From contig CAVYSE010000028.1 in assembly GCA_963771075.1 (NCBI GenBank), positions 288,001-352,000 on the forward strand: a DNA stretch of 64,000 nt, read 5' to 3'. Numbering within the stretch: position 1 is the stretch's first letter; the number at the start of each line of letters is the position of its first letter. Below, piece by piece: positions 20,417-29,850 of this stretch. A program made the position numbers and the translations under genes. The stretch comes from a candidate division FCPU426 bacterium. Lineage in GTDB: Bacteria > Oederibacteriota > Muellerivitia > Muellerivitales > Muellerivitaceae. The notes under the pieces are model-generated. The model saw only the letters and a program-made list of their open reading frames with translations, was not told where the DNA came from and ran no database searches.

Positions 20417-20493
20417 TGCCGACTCTTTCATGAGGATTTCATGGATGTCGGTATAGTCCCGATAACCTCAAAATCTTTATTTGAGAATCGGGA
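20417..20493 (+). mobile_element. ~77-bp two-hairpin mini-element (copy 2) with CA duplication
   Basis: CA-TGCCGAC...GTCGGTATAGTCCCGAT...ATCGGGA-CA. Confidence 0.7.
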
Positions 20494-20547
20494 CACCCAA
20501 GACACATCCAACAACTTGAGGTTGGTGGATAGGGGAGAATTCCATTA

Positions 20548-20627
20548 GTTGGCGGTCGACAGTCGACGGTCGGCAGTTAGGCCTTTAAAGCTGGCTGTCG
20601 ACAGTGGGCTGTGGACTGTCGACGGCC
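20548..20627. repeat. Heptamer-periodic inverted repeat (GTCGACA-like)
   Basis: GTCGACA GTCGACG GTCGGCA ... CTGTCGA CAGTGGG CTGTGGA CTGTCGA. Confidence 0.6.
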
Positions 20628-20642
20628 TTTGGAGGCTCCGCT

Positions 20643-23102
20643 ATGTCACAATCCCCATCTACCCCCGGTACACCCGAAGAATCGCCAAAAGCAAACCCGC
20701 CCGAAATCCTGGTCGTTTCCCTGGACCAAATGCTGGTCGTGCCGGAGGACAACCCCCGGGGGGCCTACCCCCAGCAAGATGTCTTGGACATGGCCCGAAC
20801 CCTCAAGCAGTCCGGACAGGAGGATCCCATCCTCCTGAGGCGCCGGACGCCCGAGGAAAGGGCTCAGGCCCACCCGGACATTCCCTATCGGCTGGTAGGG
20901 GGATTCCTCCGTGTTGCCGCCGCCCCCCTGGCGGGCCTGGCCGCCCTTGAAGCCATTGTGCGGGATATGACCCCCCAAAAGGCACTGCAAGCCGCAATCC
21001 TGGACAATGTTCGTAAAGACATGAATTGGCTGGCCTGGGCCCAATCCGCCGATAGCCTGATTAAGGACGGAATGAAGCTCCAAGAAGCCTCCGATGCACT
21101 TGCGAAAGATGCCTCATGGGTCGGAAAACTGCTAAAACTGTTGTCATTATTGGATTTTCCAACACGCCAGCTCATTTCGGAAAATTTCCGGAAAAAGGAC
21201 GGTTACGACCTTCCGGAATCCCATGCCCACTGTTTGGAAGACCTGGCGACCGGGGGGCCAAACGATCAGGTTCTTATAGGTAATGCCATACGAGTGGTAA
21301 TAGACCGCCAAATGCCTTTTGAACTTGTGAAAAAGCTGGTCGAATGGATCCAAAAGGGAAACAGCCCTGAAAGCTTCCCCCAAGACGGCAAAACAGAGGT
21401 CAAGAAGGGGGTTAAAAACCAGAGGTTCGACCCCGCCGACCCCCTGGCCAAGCTTTGGCAAGACCTGCCCCGCACCATCAAGGTGCGTCCGACACCCAAG
21501 GGCTATAAGGCGGTACTGGCCCTTTCTAAAGACGAAGCGGTACTGGCCCTTTATGGCGCCCTGGGCACGGTGGAGGAGGCCAAGAGGCTTCAAGGCCAGC
21601 CCCATGACCCCCGGTTCGCGGCTGCTTTGGCTGACCTCATTCCTGGAGGTAGGCCTGGTGGAATTCTGAATGCGTCCTTTCCGGCCTCCCCCGCCAGCCT
21701 GGGCCTGGGCTCCTGGCTTAAAGGGGTATGGGCGGCATGGATGGGCAGTCTTAAAGCTGGCGGTCCGAAGACACCAGCTGACAGCCCACAGTCGTCGGTC
21801 GACAGCACGCCAAACCCCGGGACAATGGAAAAAACTATATGGGAACTCTTGGCGGGGATCCCTATCACCGCCAAGATAAGGGCCAAAGTCAAGAAGGGGG
21901 AAAGGCCGACCTTTTGGGAAGTTCTCATCCTCCTTTTAGCCATCCTTGGGATGTTTTTGGGCTTGCTGGGGAAATACCTTTGGAAATTTGCCCAGGGGGG
22001 TTGGCGTTTGGCGAAGACCTTCCTCGGAAAGGCCTTCCGGCTCCTGGGGGAGGTGGTAGGCAAGCCCGCCAAGAAAATAACCCAGGGCGTGGTGGGTATC
22101 GCCTTGGTAGTGGGCCTGGCTTATGGGCTCTATCTATTCTTCTTCCACCCGGCAGGGCTAAGGGGCTTGTTGAGCCGGACCGCCTCCGGGGCAATCCATT
22201 GGGTAGGGTCTTGGGTAAACCCTTGGGAAGGCGATACGCACACCGATTCCCCTAAGGAATCGGTGCAATCAAGTCATGGGCCTCAACCAGCCGATTCCAC
22301 TATGGAATCGGCACAGTCACACCAAGCCCCCAATGGGCTTGGTATAGCCCAACCTTCATCACCCGTTTTGAGAACGGGTGATGGGGCGAATCCCGGGCCT
22401 CAGCTTGGGGCTTCGGCCCAGACGCAAGTTTCGGCCCAGATGAAGCCAGAGTCGGTACCTACGCCTGGTCTGAAACCTCCGGTTTCGGACCAAGCCTTGG
22501 CAGTACCCATATCTAAATCAGATATGGGTACCCCTGTTCCCACGCCTGAGGTTTTTAAAACTAAGCGCCTAAAACTCAAAACTTCTAAATCTCTGAAAAA
22601 GTCCATTCCGGTGGCAGTGGTTTCAACGCAAAACTCAACACCTAAAACTGAGAACGCGGCCCCATCGGGCCAGTCCCAGTTGGATCTTCTCAACCAAATC
22701 AACGCGGAATCAAAAACCGCCCAGGCTTTCGCCCAGGCCTTTTACGCGGCGGATTATAACGACCTGTTGGGCAGGAGAACCAAACTCAGCAAATATTTGA
22801 GCCCAGGCTATTCCGGCGCTTTTTTCAAAGCCTTTCCAATCGCTTTGAAGATCAAGGAAATCGGCGAACATAAGCTGGTTGAAAGTTTCAAACCCTTGGG
22901 CGACGCGAAACTGTTGAGGTCGGACGATCAATCGGAGGAATTCCAAGTGGAGGGCACATTGGTCACCCGGAGTGAGATGGATATTTCGGAACCCGTCACC
23001 ACCCAAAAACCCGCGGGGCTCGTGATTGACCTCTCCCGTGAGCCGGAGTCGAAGGGGCTAGTGACCGGCGTGCGGGAAATAGTTTTTCCGGGAAAAAAGT
23101 AG
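20643..23102 (+). CDS. ParB/Srx N-terminal domain protein with transmembrane segments and C-terminal extracytoplasmic domain
   Basis: 'DNPR', 'GQEDPILLR', 'LVGGFLRVAA', 'DNVRKDM', HTH-like 'LQEASDALAKDASWVGKLL'; two hydrophobic helices; P/S/Q-rich linker. Confidence 0.75.
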   Translation: MSQSPSTPGTPEESPKANPPEILVVSLDQMLVVPEDNPRGAYPQQDVLDMARTLKQSGQEDPILLRRRTPEERAQAHPDIPYRLVGGFLRVAAAPLAGLAALEAIVRDMTPQKALQAAILDNVRKDMNWLAWAQSADSLIKDGMKLQEASDALAKDASWVGKLLKLLSLLDFPTRQLISENFRKKDGYDLPESHAHCLEDLATGGPNDQVLIGNAIRVVIDRQMPFELVKKLVEWIQKGNSPESFPQDGKTEVKKGVKNQRFDPADPLAKLWQDLPRTIKVRPTPKGYKAVLALSKDEAVLALYGALGTVEEAKRLQGQPHDPRFAAALADLIPGGRPGGILNASFPASPASLGLGSWLKGVWAAWMGSLKAGGPKTPADSPQSSVDSTPNPGTMEKTIWELLAGIPITAKIRAKVKKGERPTFWEVLILLLAILGMFLGLLGKYLWKFAQGGWRLAKTFLGKAFRLLGEVVGKPAKKITQGVVGIALVVGLAYGLYLFFFHPAGLRGLLSRTASGAIHWVGSWVNPWEGDTHTDSPKESVQSSHGPQPADSTMESAQSHQAPNGLGIAQPSSPVLRTGDGANPGPQLGASAQTQVSAQMKPESVPTPGLKPPVSDQALAVPISKSDMGTPVPTPEVFKTKRLKLKTSKSLKKSIPVAVVSTQNSTPKTENAAPSGQSQLDLLNQINAESKTAQAFAQAFYAADYNDLLGRRTKLSKYLSPGYSGAFFKAFPIALKIKEIGEHKLVESFKPLGDAKLLRSDDQSEEFQVEGTLVTRSEMDISEPVTTQKPAGLVIDLSREPESKGLVTGVREIVFPGKK

Positions 23103-23404
23103 TGGTTCATTTTGAATAATTCCCCACTTCCCCCATGCCTCTACTGAGAAAAATGATACGGGGCATGGGGACGCCCCCATTTTCATTTCGTATGTTTTCA
23201 AATCAAAAATGGGGGTGAAAAAGGGGGGATAACTTCGCGAACATAGAATCAGATAAGCACTTACCAAACCTGAGTAAATCGCAGGTGCTTTGTGCATAGG
23301 CACGCAATTATTAGGTAGCAGAGGTGCCCTTTAGCTTCAAGGGTTCAAAATGCGGTTGTAACCGGCCATTTCCTTGAATTCAAAATCATTCCATTTGGTA
23401 ACCG

Positions 23405-23650
23405 TTAGTAAATCAGTATCTCCTTGCCGTCATAAAGGACGAAGGACAAATGGGCCGCAACCCCACCCAGTTGGTGCTGGAGCGTCATCGCCGCCCAGGT
23501 GGGCGCACAACCCTTCAGGACCACGTGCTTGCCCCGGTAGGGTTGGAGGTCGAACTGGGGTAGCTTTGATTTCACGGAAAATTCCGTGACCTTTCCATCC
23601 ATCCCAGCCAATACATCCGTATTAATCACAATCTTTTCGAGTGTTTCCAT
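23405..23650 (-). CDS. Small protein resembling DUF2480/Csx3-like fold
   Basis: 'DLQPYRGKHVVLKGCAPTWAAM'; directly downstream of erpA. Confidence 0.5.
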   Translation of the reverse strand: METLEKIVINTDVLAGMDGKVTEFSVKSKLPQFDLQPYRGKHVVLKGCAPTWAAMTLQHQLGGVAAHLSFVLYDGKEILIY

Positions 23651-23681
23651 TGCCCGCCCTTTTGAACGATGCGCTAAAAAA

Positions 23682-23707
23682 CAAAAGGCGGCTCGCGCCG
23701 CCTTTTG
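23682..23707. terminator. Intrinsic terminator-like hairpin
   Basis: CAAAAGGCGGC-TCGC-GCCGCCTTTTG perfect stem after the erpA stop. Confidence 0.75.
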
Positions 23708-23729
23708 GCATGAAATGGATTAGCGTTAT

Positions 23730-24053
23730 CTAGAAGCTGACGCTGTGCCCGCAACCACAAGAACCCGTGGAATTGGGATTCTCAATCACGAATCCCGCTC
23801 CCTTCAAATCCTCGACGTAGTCGATCTTGGACCCCTTCAGGTAATGGGCGCTTTGGGGATCAATCAACACTTCCACGTCCCCCGTCCTGGAGACCTCGTC
23901 ATCGTCTCGTTTTTGGTCAAAGGCGAAACCGTAGGAGAACCCGTTGCAGCCTCCACCCTGCACGTAAACTCGGAAATTCTTGCCTTGGTAGGACGTGTTT
24001 TTCGTAGCGAAATCCTTAACTTTGGAAACCGCCGAATCGGTCAATTGAACCAT
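23730..24053 (-). CDS. erpA: A-type Fe-S carrier (ErpA/IscA, HesB family)
   Basis: 'RVYVQGGGCNGFSY', 'NPN...CGCGHS'. Confidence 0.88.
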   Translation of the reverse strand: MVQLTDSAVSKVKDFATKNTSYQGKNFRVYVQGGGCNGFSYGFAFDQKRDDDEVSRTGDVEVLIDPQSAHYLKGSKIDYVEDLKGAGFVIENPNSTGSCGCGHSVSF

Positions 24054-24077
24054 GGTGTCCTCACTTCTCATGTCTAA

Positions 24078-24092
24078 TGAAAATGATTATCA
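24078..24092. promoter_or_regulatory. Fur box upstream of erpA
   Basis: TGAAAATGATTATCA is the 7-1-7 Fur consensus TGATAATnATTATCA with one mismatch. Confidence 0.7.
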
Positions 24093-24127
24093 ACTTACTA
24101 ATTATAGGTTGGTCTCCCCTTTCCAAG

Positions 24128-24636
24128 TCAAGGGGTCAGGGCAATACCCGGCTGGCCTTCCACCTTACGCCCCTGGATAAAAAGCAGGCCCACCCTTCTT
24201 TTTCCCGGCCCCTTTTGCCCCTCGGGAAGGCGGCCTGAAAAAGACCCCGGATTAAAGAAAAAGGTTTCCCCATATTGCCGGGCCAGAGGCTCAAAATTAT
24301 TTCCGAAGACCAGGACCTGCACCGGTTCCTCCTCGAATTGGCGCAGGAGAAATTGCTTCAAGTGCTGGGGCTTTCCATAGCCATGGGTAAGCCCCAAAGT
24401 GATGGGGCCCTGGCGCCAGGCGATCCGGACATACATCTCCGATCGGACGATAGAACTCTCGGCGTTGCCGCATACCCCCTTGGTGGGCGCCAATTGTTCC
24501 AGTTGTTCCAGAACCCTCAAGTCCCCCACCGGCCCCGCGTGGAGAATGGCGTCCACGCCCTTAAAGGCTCGTCGAAGCAGGTGAGATCACTCGATGTCAG
24601 CAAGGCGGCGGTATCCGCCAAGACCCCGAAGACCAT
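24128..24636 (-). CDS. YfcE/MJ0936-like metallophosphoesterase homologue, degenerate; one frameshift near 24580
   Basis: 'GVLADT', 'DAILHAG', 'VCGN', 'LTHG', 'FNPGS'. Confidence 0.7.
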
Positions 24637-24736
24637 CCCATTCCTCCCTTTTTGACTTAGTGATAGCTTCACCTTACACTAGGCGCTCAATCCCATCCGG
24701 CGACTATTTCGCCGCCGGATCTATACCGGGGCATCC

Positions 24737-26382
24737 ATGAAAATCGCTATTTGCCAGATTAACACCACCGTGGGCGACTTTGACGGCAATATCGCCAAGG
24801 TCACCGGGGCGCTCCAAAAGGCCAAGAAACAGGGCTGTGCGATGGCCCTTTTTCCCGAATTGACCTTGACCGGGCTACCCCCCCGCGACCTGTTGGACCA
24901 TTTTTCCTTTTTCGAGGCCTCCCAAAAGGCAATGGAGCGGGTGGCCCAGGCTTCCAAGGGTATCCTTGCCGTCGTGGGCACCATCCTGGAAAACAAGGGT
25001 TCGGGCCCGGCGCTTTTTAACGCGGCCGTGGCGGTGAAGGATGGAAAGATCCTCCATATCTTACCACAAGGTCCTGCTTCCCAACTACGACGTCTTTGAT
25101 GAGGCCCGTTATTTCGCGCCGGCCGCCAAGCCCGCGCCCCCCTTTTCCTACCAGGGCCTGAAGATTGGCATTACCCTTTGCGAGGACATCTGGAACGCGC
25201 AAGGGCTTTTCCCGAACCGGCTTTACGAGAAGGACCCCGTCCTGGAGATCGCCAAGGGTAAACCCGATGTGATCCTGAACCTTTCCGCCTCCCCCTTTCA
25301 CGCCGCCAAGCTTCCCCTGCGCCAGGCCCTCTTGAAGGAGGTCACCCAAAAGACCGGGGCGCCCGTTCTTTATTGCAACCTGGTGGGCGGCAATGACGAG
25401 TTAGTCTTTGACGGCTGCAGCATGGCGATGGACGGGGGCGGGAACCTTTTCCAGGTCGGCAAAGCCTTTGAGGAGGATTTCTTCGTTTTCGATACCGAAA
25501 ACCCATCGGCCAAAAATCTTCCCCCAGCCATCACCGAAACCGGATGGATTTACCAGGCACTGGTAACGGGGACCCGGGACTACGTGCGCAAGTGCGGGTT
25601 TGAAAAGGTGCTGGTCGGGCTTTCGGGCGGCATCGATTCGGCCCTGGTGGCCTGCCATCGCCTCCGAGGCTTTGGGGCCGGAAAACGTCATGGGAGTCAC
25701 CATGCCCTCCCCCTTTTCTTCCAAAGGTTCCATCGAGGACTCGCGCCTGTTGGCGGAAGGGTTGGGCATCGAGTTCAAGGAAATCCCCATTACCCCCCTA
25801 TACCAGGCGGCTCGCTTCAAACCCTGACACCCGTTCTTTGAGGGGAAAAATCCCGATACGGCGGAGGAAAATATACAGGCTCGGTTACGCGGACTCCTTT
25901 TGATGGGCCTGTCCAACAAATTCAACCGCCTGGTACTTTCCACAGGCAATAAAAGCGAGCTGGCGGTGGGCTATTGCACCCTTTACGGCGACATGTGCGG
26001 GGGCCTGGCCGCCATCTCGGACGTCCCCAAGGGTATGGTCTATAAGCTGGCCGGCTACGCGAACCGGGTGAAGCCTGTAATCCCCCAAGCGGTCTTTGAC
26101 AAGGCTCCCTCGGCGGAATTAAGGCCCGGTCAAAAGGACCAGGATTCCCTGCCCCCCTACGATCTTTTGGACGGTATCCTCCGCCTTTACATCGAGGAAA
26201 ACCAGCCGCCTTCCAAGCTTGAAAAGGCGGGATACGACAAGGACCTCATCCAAAGCGTCGTGCAAATGATCAACCGCAACGAATACAAACGCCGACAGAT
26301 GGCGCCGGGCCTCAAGGTCACCACCAAGGCCTTCGGCATGGGCCGCCGCATGCCGATTGCCCAGAAGTTCAAGGATCATTAA
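24737..26382 (+). CDS. nadE: Glutamine-dependent NAD+ synthetase; ~3 frameshifts (likely errors)
   Basis: Nitrilase domain 'FPEL', 'LPNYDVFDE', 'CEDIW'; 'GLSGGIDS', 'ENIQARLR', 'TGNKSE', 'NEYKRRQ'. Confidence 0.92.
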
Positions 26383-26472
26383 TTCCACCCAGGAATACGG
26401 AGACACAGGGTCAATCCCAATAATGATTTTCTCGGCGTCCCTCCGACTCACTGGCGAAAGAGGTCTTGGCTT

Positions 26473-27021
26473 ATGCCTAAAGATTTAATTGAACTGACAA
26501 AGGAAATCACATTCGAGGCGGCCCATTACCTGCATCATCCCGATTGGGACAGGGCCCGGAACCTGGAGACCTTTAAAAAATGCTCCGGCTACCGGAAAGA
26601 CAATCCGAAAGCCGTTCATTTTCCCCATGGGCATTCTTACCGCCTCAGGGTGACCGTGAAGGGTCCCATCCATCCCGATACGGGTTTCGTGATCGACTTT
26701 AAGGTCTTGAAGGAAATCTTAAAAAGGGAAGTGTTTGATCTTCTGGACCACCGCTTCATCAATCATGAGGTGGAACCCTTTAAAAAGGATCCCTACTTCC
26801 AGACCACCGTGGAAAACCTGCTGGTGGTGATCTGGAAAAGGCTGGAGCCGGTCCTCAAGAAAGAAAAGGTCGCCTTGCGCGAATTGACCCTTTGGGAGAC
26901 AGCCTCGAATTTCGCCACGCTCAGAAGACAAATAGGATCAGAAGCCGAAGGAAAGAGATTCGGGGTCTTCCGCCGGCTCAATGCATTCGGGCTCATTGAA
27001 AGTCGTCTTGTTGACCAGTGA
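26473..27021 (+). CDS. queD: 6-carboxytetrahydropterin synthase (QueD/PTPS family); 3' end uncertain
   Basis: 'FEAAH', 'KC', 'HGHSY', 'LDH', 'TVEN', 'LWET'. Confidence 0.85.
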   Translation: MPKDLIELTKEITFEAAHYLHHPDWDRARNLETFKKCSGYRKDNPKAVHFPHGHSYRLRVTVKGPIHPDTGFVIDFKVLKEILKREVFDLLDHRFINHEVEPFKKDPYFQTTVENLLVVIWKRLEPVLKKEKVALRELTLWETASNFATLRRQIGSEAEGKRFGVFRRLNAFGLIESRLVDQ

Positions 27022-27630
27022 GCTGACCGCCAGGCCCGTCATTCGATCCGCGGGAAAGGGTCTCAAAAGCTCCTTCAGCTTCTTGAAATCCCGGTTATCC
27101 ACCGAATCCATCCACAAGGGAAAATCCTTTTCTTCCAGTATCACCGGCATCCGGTCGTGGATGGCCCTCACTTCCGCGTTTGGCGTGGTAGTCATGAGGC
27201 TTAAGGAATCAATGGTTCCCGTTTCCAATGTTCTGGGTGGCCCAAATCCCGGCCACCGCGAAGGGCCTCTCATCCTTCATTTTGAAATAATAGGGGCTGG
27301 GTTTCCCTCGCCTCGTGCCGCCAAACATAAAACCCATCCATCGGCACCAGACAACGCCATTTCTCGAAACTATCTTGAAAAAGGGTCCGGTCCTGGATGT
27401 CCTCCGCGCGGAGTATTGATGACCAACCGTCCGCCCTGGGTCCAGGAAGCCACGAACCCCCATTGAAGCATCTTGACGATCCGCGTTTGACTATCCATGG
27501 GGCGGATGACCGCAGGAACCAGGTGGGATGGAGCGATGTTATAGCTGGGTTTCCAATCAAAGGGTTTGTCCAGTTTGAATAACCCGGTTAGGGAGGACGG
27601 GCTGCTTTTTAGGACATATCGGGTACACAT
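26938..27630 (-). CDS. SOS response-associated peptidase (SRAP/YedK); frameshifted
   Basis: N-terminal MC.RY, 'YNIAPS', 'RCLVPMDGFY', 'IHDRMPVIL', 'VSSLVN' in successive frames. Confidence 0.88.
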
Positions 27631-27709
27631 AGGATTTCATTGTAACAAACTAAGGAGGGTGTCCCCAAAATCAAAAACCCCCGCCGGCTTTTTCCGGAAG
27701 GGGTTCGTT

Positions 27710-27786
27710 TGGTGGACATTACTGGACTCGAACCAGTGACCTTCGCGATGTGAACGCGACGCTCTAACCAGCTGAGCTAAATGTCC
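27710..27786 (-). tRNA. tRNA-Val(CAC)
   Basis: Acceptor GGACATT/AATGTCC + ACCA, D-arm AGCTCAGCTGGTTAGAGC, anticodon arm TCGCG-TTCACAT-CGCGA, T-loop GGTTCGAGTCC. Confidence 0.97.
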
Positions 27787-27961
27787 CTATCAATCCACAT
27801 AACTAAACTACGGATAAATATCCTTCAAAATGCGGGAGTGAATGGATCTCCAAGGGAGTGTGCCTCTCTTGGAAGGTGGGGTAGTTTATAGTGAAAAAAA
27901 AGCCATTTCAACCAACATGGAAAACCAGCCTCGTTCCCCGGCTTCATCTTGGAATCAGCCG

Positions 27962-28450
27962 TTAAAAGAACTCCCACTTGCTGAACATTTTTTTCATTCC
28001 CGGCTCGCTCCAGGCGGTGTTTCCCTTCAAGGCCTTCATGGCCTTGGCCCGGGAAAACTCAAAATGCGCCACCTTTTGAAGACTGTCCCAGCTTGGCAAC
28101 CCATACGAGTCTCTTTCCAGCACATAAACGATATCCACCTTGACCATGTCCGCCTTCGCCGTAGCGGGATGAAGCTTGGCGGTTAATTCCAGGGCGGCGT
28201 CCGCAAGACGATATTTCCGGTCCTCCCCCTGGAAATTGGTTTTCGCGTCCTGGGCGTTCCAGAAATAGTGGACATAAGTCTCCTTATTGGAAACCAGGGT
28301 GTTCTTGGTAAACCAATCTACCCACGGGACGTCCGAGGCTTTCCAATGGCCCTGCGGGATGGTGATGACCGTCACTTGGGCGGTTGGCTCGGTCTGGGCC
28401 TTCAAAAGGCACGCCAAAAGTAGAAAGAACAAGGTCCATCGGGTTCTCAT
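27962..28450 (-). CDS. Secreted protein of unknown family (paralogue of 31187-31723)
   Basis: Signal peptide; shares 'YVH.FWNAQD', 'KVDIVYVL.RD.YG.P.W', 'VAH.EFSR'. Confidence 0.75.
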   Translation of the reverse strand: MRTRWTLFFLLLACLLKAQTEPTAQVTVITIPQGHWKASDVPWVDWFTKNTLVSNKETYVHYFWNAQDAKTNFQGEDRKYRLADAALELTAKLHPATAKADMVKVDIVYVLERDSYGLPSWDSLQKVAHFEFSRAKAMKALKGNTAWSEPGMKKMFSKWEFF

Positions 28451-28506
28451 GATTCCTCCGGGAAATCCAATGTATTCAGGGTTTAAGCCAAGATAACCCT
28501 TTTAAA

Positions 28507-29713
28507 TCAAAAACTCAAAAAACATCTGGTGAATTTTACCACTTGATCCATGGGATAGAAGAAGAGGAGCCATCCATATGCCACAAAAACATTCGTCGCC
28601 GCCACACCGATCCACCGGCTGGCGGGCAAATCCGCGAACCGGCGGCCGAGGGCCGATTTTTCCCAAACATTGTGCACCACCATCCCCAAGCCCTGGTAGA
28701 GGCCCCAAATGCCGAAATGCCAGCTCGCCCCGTGCCACAACCCGCAGATGAAGAAAGTCAACATGAGGTTGAAGAACTGGCGGCCTTTTCCCTTTCGATT
28801 ACCGCCTAAGGAAATATAGATATAGTCCCGGATCCAGCTTGAAAGGGAGATATGCCAGCGCCGCCAAAACTCGGTGATGCTACTGGCAGATATAGGGGAA
28901 ATTGAAATTGGCGGGCAGGTCCAGCCCAATCATTTTGCCCAACCCAATAGCGATGTCGCTGTAGCCCGAGAAATCAAAAAGGATGCGGATGGAGAGGAGG
29001 GTGAGAAGAAGGCTGGTGGTCCCGAAGGACAGATCGGTCCTCTTTTCAAGCAGATGGATCACCATCGTGGCGTTATCCGCGATGACAAGTTTCTTGAAAA
29101 ATCCCAGCAAAACCTGGAAAAAACCCAGCAAGGCCTTTTCGGTCTCCGGGCGCTTTAATCCCGTCCTGAAGCTGGGCAAGGAAAGGCTGGTAGCGCTTAA
29201 TAGGGCCCCGAAACGATGGAGGGATAAAAAGAAGCAGAAAATGCCGAACTTGACCGGATTCTTCACCGGTTCACTGCCATGGTAAACGTCCGTCAGGTAA
29301 TGGACAAACTCGAAGGTGAAGAAAGATATGCCAAGGGGCATGGCGGGCTGGTAGGCGTGACCTAGAAGCCATTCCCCCGCCCCCCCGCCCAGGAGACTTC
29401 CAAGCGAAGAGACCAAGAGATGCTGGTACTTGTAATACAACAGTCCAACCAAGGGAACCAGGAGCGCGAAAAAGAATATCCATTTTCCCTTGCGCGGCTC
29501 TCCCCTTTTTTGCGCGATTTTCAAAGCAAAGAAATAGGTCAAGACCGCCATGACAAGGATGGGTTGGATTCCCGCGGGCCCGGCGAAATAGTATTGGAAG
29601 ACCACGCTGGCGATGAGCGCGAAGACAAGCCGAACCTGGGCCGTGGGCATGAGCCAAAGCAGGATGTAAAAGAGGACGAAAAAGATAAAAAACCAACTGG
29701 TGTTGAAGATCAA
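28507..29713 (-). CDS. MBOAT O-acyltransferase (DltB/PatA/AlgI type), no C-terminal Tyr motif; frameshifted
   Basis: 'PLGISFFTF', 'KKLVIAD', 'DFSGYSDIA', 'EFWRRWHISLSSW', catalytic 'GLWHGA'. Confidence 0.9.
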
Positions 29714-29730
29714 AAGGTATCCCCGGTTTC

Positions 29731-29850
29731 CTAAAAATCCACATAAATGAACTTGGATGCGGACAGGTCCCCCGAAAACAGGAGGATTGCCAGTAAGAGG
29801 AGAAAGAGCACCAGCCCCAATCCCATGCCTTTCAAGAACGAGCGATCCAT
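29731..29850 (-). CDS. DltX/PatC-like 39-aa membrane peptide
   Basis: Single TM helix, C-terminal FIYVDF; TGATG-coupled to the upstream SGNH gene; immediately precedes MBOAT. Confidence 0.85.
   Translation of the reverse strand: MDRSFLKGMGLGLVLFLLLLAILLFSGDLSASKFIYVDF

Noticed and set aside
20445..20462. Group I intron S element (GTATAGTCC)
   Set aside because: No matching P/Q/R elements or host gene; the 75-bp unit is far too short.
21510..21555. GCGGTACTGGCCCTTT direct repeat inside the ParB-like gene as parS
   Set aside because: A direct rather than palindromic repeat; explained by a 27-bp-period coding duplication (AVLAL twice).
27370..27800. tRNA-Val as an integration site of a prophage/ICE
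   Set aside because: No integrase and no duplicated tRNA 3' end seen in the window.
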